Below, in pieces: positions 40,877 to 47,026 of a stretch of 47,026 nt of DNA. The stretch comes from a virus (taxonomy: Duplodnaviria; Heunggongvirae; Uroviricota; Caudoviricetes). The stretch spans positions 128,001-175,026 of IMG/VR virus record IMGVR_UViG_3300021256_000003. One strand, given 5' to 3'. Positions within the stretch are counted from its first letter, which is position 1; every line of letters starts with the position of its first letter. The notes beneath the pieces were generated by a model that saw only the letters and a list, made by a program, of their open reading frames with translations, was not told the DNA's origin and searched no databases. The position numbers and the translations under genes were made by a program.

Positions 40877-41146
40877 TAGGTTGTAGAACTTGGACCATAT
40901 TAAATCCTAATCTACATTTGTGTAAATAAGATTAAACACCTTACTATGTCTTGAAAACATATAATTTTGGATAAAATTTAGTGGACTCCATGTCTACGCA
41001 TACTTGGCTACATCAGCAAATATAATAACTTTTTATTTGGGATTCAGTCTCAGATTAAGGCTCAGTTGCTGGTGTAGGTCCTAGTTTTAAACTTTGTCTA
41101 CACTGTTTAATCTTATTTATAACTATTTTTACTCTTTATAGAGTGA

Positions 41147-41190
41147 AGGGAATTAGTTGGTATATAGTGGTTCAAATCCACAATTCCCTC
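41147..41190 (+). ncRNA. tRNA minihelix-like element
   Basis: AGGGAATT/AATTCCCT plus GTGG-TTCAAAT-CCAC with only a 12-nt linker. Confidence 0.5.
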
Positions 41191-41204
41191 TAAAAAATAA
41201 AACT

Positions 41205-41450
41205 ATGATTGAATTTATTAAGAAATTAATTTGCAGAAAACCGCAGCAATTGAGATGCCTTAAGTGTAAATATTTTACTTGGTGGGATGGAGATTATTGT
41301 TGTTTTCAACAAATGCAAATTTTATGCCCATCTAAAGATGGTTATATTAGTAAACAAGATTACAATAAACTTTGTAATAAATATTTATTTTGTCGAAATT
41401 ATAAACGAAGTAAACAAAATACAATCGAAGAAAGTAAAATTGTAAAATGA
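41205..41450 (+). CDS. Cys-rich hypothetical protein
   Basis: MIEFIKK...CLKC..F.WWDGDYCC. Confidence 0.6.
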   Translation: MIEFIKKLICRKPQQLRCLKCKYFTWWDGDYCCFQQMQILCPSKDGYISKQDYNKLCNKYLFCRNYKRSKQNTIEESKIVK

Positions 41451-41836
41451 TAACTGATGATTTATTTATAGGAGCATGGGTTTCTTGTTATGGTGAAATT
41501 GGCACTGTAGCAATGTTAAATGAAGAGACTTGTGCTATATGGAAAAATGGAGATATGAGTAAAGAAGAAAATTACATTGCCACCGCAGCAATGGCTCCAT
41601 TATTTCCAGGAGATTTAAATCCCATTCCTTTAACTCTGGATATCTTAGAAAAGAATGGATTTAAATATAAAGAATCTATCGATAGATGGTGTTTTAAAAG
41701 TACTCAATTTGGACTTTATAAAATAGAAGATTGTTTTATAGGAGTTGTTTGTGGAATGTATCGATATGTTAAATATGTTCATGAATTACAACAACTTCTT
41801 AAATTAGCAACAATAGATTATAAAATAATACTATAA
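41447..41836 (+). CDS. Hypothetical protein, paralog of 30781..31146
   Basis: PIPLTLDILEKNGF...YVHELQ. Confidence 0.7.
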   Translation: MITDDLFIGAWVSCYGEIGTVAMLNEETCAIWKNGDMSKEENYIATAAMAPLFPGDLNPIPLTLDILEKNGFKYKESIDRWCFKSTQFGLYKIEDCFIGVVCGMYRYVKYVHELQQLLKLATIDYKIIL

Positions 41837-42012
41837 TGGACGATAATTTTCAAAAGAATATAGAACCAATTGATGAGAAAGAGGAAATGTTGAAGAAATT
41901 CTTAGGCTTGTATAAATGCAAAACATTGTATTGGAGTGGCCCAAAACCGATTTTTTCTGATAATGACAATAATAATTCAGAAGCTACAACTGATTCTCCT
42001 CTAAATTTTTAA
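41836..42012 (+). CDS. Small hypothetical protein (58 aa)
   Basis: TAATG-coupled ORF. Confidence 0.45.
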   Translation: MDDNFQKNIEPIDEKEEMLKKFLGLYKCKTLYWSGPKPIFSDNDNNNSEATTDSPLNF

Positions 42013-42020
42013 TATTTAAT

Positions 42021-42611
42021 GGAAAGTTGGCAGAGTTGGTTTAATGCAACGGTCTTGAAGCCAATTCGAGTGTTATGGCGAGAAATCCCATAGCAGAAGC
42101 ATCCCTAATTCGGTGAAAATCCTTCTCAAACTAAAGAAGAAACAGATAATAGCGCGATATTAGCGACTGTGACTGTTTACACTAACCAATAATGTGTAAG
42201 GACAACGCCGAGCTAAATTGAGAATATGCCTTTTACGTATAAATTTTCGGATTTAGTAAATCGTAAGAGATGGTTAGCCTACAGTTCTCATAAATGTGTA
42301 CAGACTATAGAGGTGCAGCCTAAGTTGAAATTTATGTTTATTAAGAAATACTGGTTGAAAGATACCGTAATAATTCAAAGAGAATAGAATAGTCTTTTTA
42401 AACATATCTTGCAAGAATTTCAATATGGTTATAACATAGTCGAGACTACAATAAAATTATCAGATTCAAGATAGTAAATAACCGTGGAATTCGGTCGCGT
42501 GTGTATAATCAAAGCTCGCGGAAAAGATGATTTTAGCTATGGTAACATAGTGTAGCAAGGAAAACCGTCGGTCGTTAATTCGGCCCGAGAGTTCGAATCT
42601 CTCACTTTCCA
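42021..42611 (+). tRNA. tRNA-Ser(UGA), split by a group I intron (exons 42021-42056, 42560-42611)
   Basis: Exons rejoin to ACGGT-CT TGA AA-ACCGT; GGAAAGT/ACTTTCC; long variable arm. Confidence 0.88.
42057..42559 (+). mobile_element. Group I intron (503 nt, no ORF)
   Basis: P1 CTTGAA/TTCGAG with U.G at the splice site; core AATTCGGTGAAA, CAACGCCGAGC, GTACAGACT, AACATAGTCG; terminal G. Confidence 0.88.
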
Positions 42612-42688
42612 CATTTTCTAAGTGCATCCTCCATTGAGGAAGGCAATCCTGGATTGTATAAGCAAGATCTTATGCAAACTAGGCTTTT

Positions 42689-42777
42689 GGAGGCATAAGC
42701 ATAGTTGGTACTGCAGCAGATTGCTAATCTGTTACCCGACGTAAGTTGGGTCGTAGGTTCGAGTCCTACTGCCTCCG
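42689..42777 (+). tRNA. tRNA-Ser(GCU)
   Basis: GCAGA-TT GCT AA-TCTGT, long variable arm, G73. Confidence 0.88.
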
Positions 42778-42957
42778 CATTGAAGAGAGAGCTGAATATC
42801 TTTAATCCCGTGTTGCTGGGTAACGAGCCGTTGAAGCTAAGCAGGAGGCGACATAGTCTACTATGGAAAACTTAATGTACATATGGTTTTCCTGGTAGGT
42901 CTTCTATAGAGAAAATGTAAGCAGGCAGCAGCTTGCCGAACACTAAAGCTATGAAAT

Positions 42958-43029
42958 GGGCCGTGTAGTGTAATGGTAGCACGTCTCCTTTGCACGGAGA
43001 CAGAGGGGTTCGAATCCCACATGTGTCCA
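42958..43029 (+). tRNA. tRNA-Ala(UGC), bulged acceptor stem
   Basis: TCTCC-TT TGC AC-GGAGA, G3.U70. Confidence 0.75.
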
Positions 43030-43035
43030 CTATTT

Positions 43036-43109
43036 CCCGTAATAGCTCAGTTGGCTAGAGCGTCCGTCTCATACGCGGAAAGTCGTTGGTTCAAGTCCAT
43101 CTTACGGGA
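43036..43109 (+). tRNA. tRNA with CAU anticodon (Met elongator or Ile2)
   Basis: TCCGT-CT CAT AC-GCGGA; CCCGTAA/TTACGGG. Confidence 0.85.
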
Positions 43110-43131
43110 CTATTTATTAATTTTATCTAAT

Positions 43132-43518
43132 ATGAAATTTTACATTCCTTTTGGTGATTGGTCGAAAGACGGCCATTGTCAGTATGAGAAAGTTTTAGTA
43201 GAAGCTCCAAGTATGGAAGGACTATTAGAAGCAGAAAAGAAGATAAAGGAAAAATATGGTGAAGATTTCTTTGAAGGATTCGCAAATCAATATGAGGATT
43301 GTAATTTGTCAGATTCTGTAAAACAAGCACTAAATGAAAACTGTCATTGTGGACTTACTTTAGAAGATGATTGGTTTTCTTTAGACGATATAATCAAATA
43401 TTTTATCGATTTATTAAATGCATTTAATGCAAATATTACACGTATTGAAGAGTACCCAATGATATGTAATTGGACGTGTCCTGGATTTGAAGACGTTGGT
43501 TATGGTTGTTTTGAATAA
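43132..43518 (+). CDS. Hypothetical protein (MKFYIPFGDWSKDGH...)
   Basis: True start lies downstream of the tRNAs, within ORF 42973..43518. Confidence 0.75.
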   Translation: MKFYIPFGDWSKDGHCQYEKVLVEAPSMEGLLEAEKKIKEKYGEDFFEGFANQYEDCNLSDSVKQALNENCHCGLTLEDDWFSLDDIIKYFIDLLNAFNANITRIEEYPMICNWTCPGFEDVGYGCFE

Positions 43519-43721
43519 TAGTGTTCAGTTAGCACTTCAATGTAACTGTAATTTATCTATTTTATAAAGAAAATAGACATTGAGGATATGTGCTCCTCCG
43601 TTTCTGAAATACGTTAGTCAGATGCAGTAAACTACAACGAAGTATTAAAAATGTAGTTAAAAATCAACGGATGCATACGTTATAACCTGAGATTGCACGG
43701 AAGCGTTGGTAAGGTTAGACT

Positions 43722-43797
43722 AGGGTAGTGCGGTAGTTGGTCACCGGCTTCATTTGGGATGAAGACATTCACGCAGGTTCGAGTCCTGTCTACCCTA
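43722..43797 (+). tRNA. tRNA-Pro(UGG)
   Basis: CTTCA-TT TGG GA-TGAAG; AGGGTAG/CTACCCT. Confidence 0.85.
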
Positions 43798-43816
43798 CAA
43801 ACTTTATATATAAAAT

Positions 43817-43900
43817 GCCGAAGCGGCGCAGTTGGAGAGGCGCAGCAGACTGTAAATCTGTTGCCGTTTGGCTGAGTAGGTTCGAATCCTACCTTCGGCA
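43817..43900 (+). tRNA. tRNA-Tyr(GUA)
   Basis: GCAGA-CT GTA AA-TCTGT, long variable arm. Confidence 0.88.
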
Positions 43901-43922
43901 CAAGAAATCAATAAATACATTA

Positions 43923-43996
43923 CGGCAAGTAGTTCAGTTGGTTAGAACGCTACACTGATAATGTAGAAATCGGTGGTTCGAGTCCACCCTTGCCGA
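43923..43996 (+). tRNA. tRNA-Ile(GAU)
   Basis: CTACA-CT GAT AA-TGTAG. Confidence 0.9.
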
Positions 43997-44004
43997 CTTA
44001 TTAT

Positions 44005-44079
44005 GGAGTGTATAGCTTAGTTGGTTAGAGCAGTGGATTGTGGATCCACAGGTCGAGAGTTCAATTCTCTCTGCACTCC
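44005..44079 (+). tRNA. tRNA-His(GUG)
   Basis: GTGGA-TT GTG GA-TCCAC, G-1:C73. Confidence 0.9.
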
Positions 44080-44099
44080 CAATTTAATTTGAATATAAA

Positions 44100-44585
44100 A
44101 TGGAAATTCAAGATATATTATTAGATAAATTAATTCAATTAAAATCTTTTGTTCATAAAAATAAAGATTTTATTGAAAAATTAGAAGATTTTCCACCAGA
44201 TCTTTTAATAAGAGACTTGCAATTCGCTTGTGATAACGATAAAGGTTATTATAAAGATAATGATGATAACTATTTTTATATTAAAGGCATTAAATTTAAT
44301 GATGAGGAATTAGAATCTATTTCAGAAGAGCCTGATAGTATTCTTAATATAGAATTTACTATTGTAACAGAAAATTCTATAACTAATCATTTAATGCCTA
44401 TTAATGTTTTTATCGATTCTTTTATTGAAAATAAACTTTGTGCATCTTCTAAAAAAGAATTTGAAAAAGTAATTACTAAGGTTGTTACTAAAGCAAAAAA
44501 GCAAGCATTTAATTGTGTTAATCCTCAAAAGTGTTTAAATGCGCTTATAACTTTTTCTAATCAAATAAATGATATCCCACAATGA
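44100..44585 (+). CDS. Hypothetical protein
   Basis: 161 aa ORF. Confidence 0.7.
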   Translation: MEIQDILLDKLIQLKSFVHKNKDFIEKLEDFPPDLLIRDLQFACDNDKGYYKDNDDNYFYIKGIKFNDEELESISEEPDSILNIEFTIVTENSITNHLMPINVFIDSFIENKLCASSKKEFEKVITKVVTKAKKQAFNCVNPQKCLNALITFSNQINDIPQ

Positions 44586-45334
44586 AAACAAAAATTAAAA
44601 CAAAAGGTGGTTACAAGTCTGTAGATATTACAGATATTGAACTTTCTGAAAAACAATTTGAAGAAATCGAAACAAAACTTGACGCTGAATACAAACATAA
44701 TTATGATGTTTTGCAAGGTGCAACAAGAGCTGAAAACGCATTTAATACTGTTATAAAATACATTTTTAATATTTCATCTAGCATAGAAGAGGCTTTTCAA
44801 GGAAACGAAGATCTTCTGGAAAAACTACGTAAAGCATTCTTTAGAAACTGGAAATTTAAGTCTAATAATTCTTGTAGATTTTCATTAACTGATTATGAAT
44901 GTCGTAAAGAAGTAATTGATAAATACATTATAGAAGTACAATCTTATGTTGATGTAATCACGAACAGTTCTTCTGAGTTATTTTTAGTTGAATCTGATAA
45001 GACTGCTTCTGAGCTACAGGCTATGTTGGACTCGCTAGAACTTAAAGAAGACGATTATTATTCTGGTGAAGGAGGAACACTTGAGGTTGAAAAAGTAAGT
45101 GCCGTAAGATCTTTATGGAGTTATTTATATGAAGAAGATTGGGATAAACCAATTGATATGGATAAAATTCATGAAGATTTCACTGATGAAGAACTTCATC
45201 GGATGGATCAAATTCTTGCTAAACAGTACGGTTTTGATGAAAATGCTAAATTGTTTGAAGTAAGAGTTGATTATGGATTTCGTAGTATTCGTGATTTTGT
45301 AGAACACACTCTCAACGGCCAAAAAATAGATTAA
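44582..45334 (+). CDS. TNSSSE-motif protein (internal motif)
   Basis: VQSYVDVITNSSSELF around residue 120. Confidence 0.75.
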   Translation: MKTKIKTKGGYKSVDITDIELSEKQFEEIETKLDAEYKHNYDVLQGATRAENAFNTVIKYIFNISSSIEEAFQGNEDLLEKLRKAFFRNWKFKSNNSCRFSLTDYECRKEVIDKYIIEVQSYVDVITNSSSELFLVESDKTASELQAMLDSLELKEDDYYSGEGGTLEVEKVSAVRSLWSYLYEEDWDKPIDMDKIHEDFTDEELHRMDQILAKQYGFDENAKLFEVRVDYGFRSIRDFVEHTLNGQKID

Positions 45335-45335
45335 T

Positions 45336-46274
45336 ATGAAAGATTTTTCAAATTGGGGAATAAAGAAAAGAAGTTACCCTGATTATAATTATAATGCTAT
45401 TTGGAATAATCTTAAAACTATACGTATGGGTAGTGGAGAGGCTAAGGCATTACCTCCAGATCATTCTGAGTTTTATGATATTGCAATTGGAACAAAATGT
45501 AATTTGAATTGTCCATTTTGTTATGCTAATTCTTCTAAAAACGGAAGATTTTTTACTAATATAGTAGAAAAAGTAAAACTTTTCTTTGGTACTATGGATA
45601 ATAACCAAAAACCATTCCAAGTAGCAATTGGTTCTTCAGGAGAGCCAACAATTCACCCAGAATTTCTTCCATTTTTACAGTATCTTTATGAAATTGGTAT
45701 AGTTCCTAATTATACAACTAACGGAATAACGATTGCTGAAAATTCTATCAATGGTCTGATTGATTATACAGAGAAATACTGTGGAGGTGTTGCAATCTCT
45801 ATTAATACTTTTAGTACTTATATAGTCTCTAGAAGTATTGCTGCTGTATGTAAGCTTCTTAAACGTGATGTGCATACTAATGTACATTATATAGTTTCAG
45901 ATAAAGATTCAATAAATTATCTTAAAAGTTTATGGAATATGTTTGGTGATGACATTCATACTTACGTGTTATTACCAATGATGAAACATGGAAGAAGTGA
46001 ACTTGATATGGATCAAGAAGCTTTTAGTATGCTCCAAGAATTTTTATTTACTCTTTCTCAAGAGCAAAAAGAAAAATTTGCATTCGGAGCTAATTTTTAT
46101 CCATATCTTATTAATCAAGAACATAACGAAAAAGAGATTAAATGCTCTCTTTATCAACCTGAATCTTTCAGTAAAAATCTTATTCTTGATGATATAATAA
46201 GAATTACTCCAAGTTCTTTTAATACTGAAGTAACTTTATTTGAAAAGAAATATGAAAACGATATTTTTATTTAA
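45336..46274 (+). CDS. Radical SAM protein
   Basis: CNLNCPFCY (CxxxCxxC), SGEP, YTTNG motifs. Confidence 0.9.
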   Translation: MKDFSNWGIKKRSYPDYNYNAIWNNLKTIRMGSGEAKALPPDHSEFYDIAIGTKCNLNCPFCYANSSKNGRFFTNIVEKVKLFFGTMDNNQKPFQVAIGSSGEPTIHPEFLPFLQYLYEIGIVPNYTTNGITIAENSINGLIDYTEKYCGGVAISINTFSTYIVSRSIAAVCKLLKRDVHTNVHYIVSDKDSINYLKSLWNMFGDDIHTYVLLPMMKHGRSELDMDQEAFSMLQEFLFTLSQEQKEKFAFGANFYPYLINQEHNEKEIKCSLYQPESFSKNLILDDIIRITPSSFNTEVTLFEKKYENDIFI

Positions 46275-46839
46275 AATACAATCCTACTCTGATGTGATTA
46301 CAAATAGTTCGAGTGAATTATTTGTAATTAATCAGGGAGAAAAAACTAAAGAAGAAATCATTTCTCTTCTTAACTCAATTTATCCTGAATGGAGAACTGA
46401 ATACGAAGAACCAGTTCCTTTTGACCAAATTGAAGATTTTGAGCTTGATTATATAACTGGATATGACTGGTCAGGACAAGAGATGTTAAACAAATTCCTC
46501 CGCCCATATTATCCTGATAAACTTGAAGAAGGTGTTGAAAAGTTTAATGAATATTTTAAAACAGCTAAGTATAAAACAGATGCTGTTAAAATAGCTCAAA
46601 CATATAATCTCACTCCTGAAGAATTCTGGGATGAATTTGATATTTGGCACGCTGAATTGCACAACGGCATGAGCAACAAGTTTGTTAATTTACCTTATTT
46701 AGAAATTTCAGAAAAAGGGAGAAAAGCTGTTGAAGAACAGCATAAAAATGATTGGCTTCTTCGCTCCATTGATGAAAATCCTGATTGGGATCATCAAGAA
46801 GACTTAATGGATATAGCAACAAGAATTCATCTAGGATAA
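46252..46839 (+). CDS. TNSSSE-motif protein (N-terminal motif)
   Basis: MKTIFLFKIQSYSDVITNSSSELF. Confidence 0.75.
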   Translation: MKTIFLFKIQSYSDVITNSSSELFVINQGEKTKEEIISLLNSIYPEWRTEYEEPVPFDQIEDFELDYITGYDWSGQEMLNKFLRPYYPDKLEEGVEKFNEYFKTAKYKTDAVKIAQTYNLTPEEFWDEFDIWHAELHNGMSNKFVNLPYLEISEKGRKAVEEQHKNDWLLRSIDENPDWDHQEDLMDIATRIHLG

Positions 46840-46859
46840 TCTTTTTAATTAAAAATAAT

Positions 46860-47026
46860 ATGAAAAAAGTTTTTAACAAAATTAACAACTGGTTAGGAGG
46901 GGGGGGCATAAGGAAGATTTTGCCTCTCGATTAAACAAAGTCAAATCTGTCTTTCTACAGGCGTTTAATGAAGCCCAACAGCTTTCATCAGAATTGAAAG
47001 ATAGTATATCTCAGAAAGAGAAAACT
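46860..47026 (+). CDS. Partial gene frameshifted at a G8 tract
   Basis: MKKVFNKINNWLG then G8; a protein-like frame HKEDFASRLNKVKSVF... continues to the window edge. Confidence 0.45.

Noticed and set aside
42973-43958. ORFs 43680-, 43737+ and the N-terminal extension of 42973+
   Set aside because: They overlap clear tRNA genes; likewise 33469- and 38885+

Overview
AT-rich segment of a large Bacteroidota-infecting crAss-like phage (Crassvirales-type gene order) that uses a dual genetic code. In the late/structural arm (1-18.5 kb: virion proteins, portal, TerL, GroES-like, PD-(D/E)XK nuclease, LysM-lysozyme, ART-like cargo protein, holin-like), in-frame TAG codons are read as Gln. This fragments the supplied code-11 ORF track. 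An amber-suppressor tRNA(CUA) is encoded at 20025-20098. A strand switch at about 22 kb holds a wHTH initiator-like gene next to 21-bp iterons flanked by two IHF-consensus sites (probable origin). The plus-strand early arm is mostly standard-coded small genes, an AAA+ ATPase and an RNA-rich region. That region has about 13 conventional tRNAs, two of them (Leu-UAA, Ser-UGA) split by group I introns, and the Leu intron carries an amber-dependent HNH. It also has a twister ribozyme, a tRNA-associated HDV-like (theta) ribozyme, about 8 tRNA-like RNAs with an intact acceptor/T arm but deleted or replaced anticodon/D arms, and several unassigned structured RNAs. A gene with a DGR-type variable C-terminus lies among the tRNAs. 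At the right end a radical SAM gene is flanked by two genes sharing a QSYxDVITNSSSELF motif. All calls come from manual reading and translation; no database searches were run.
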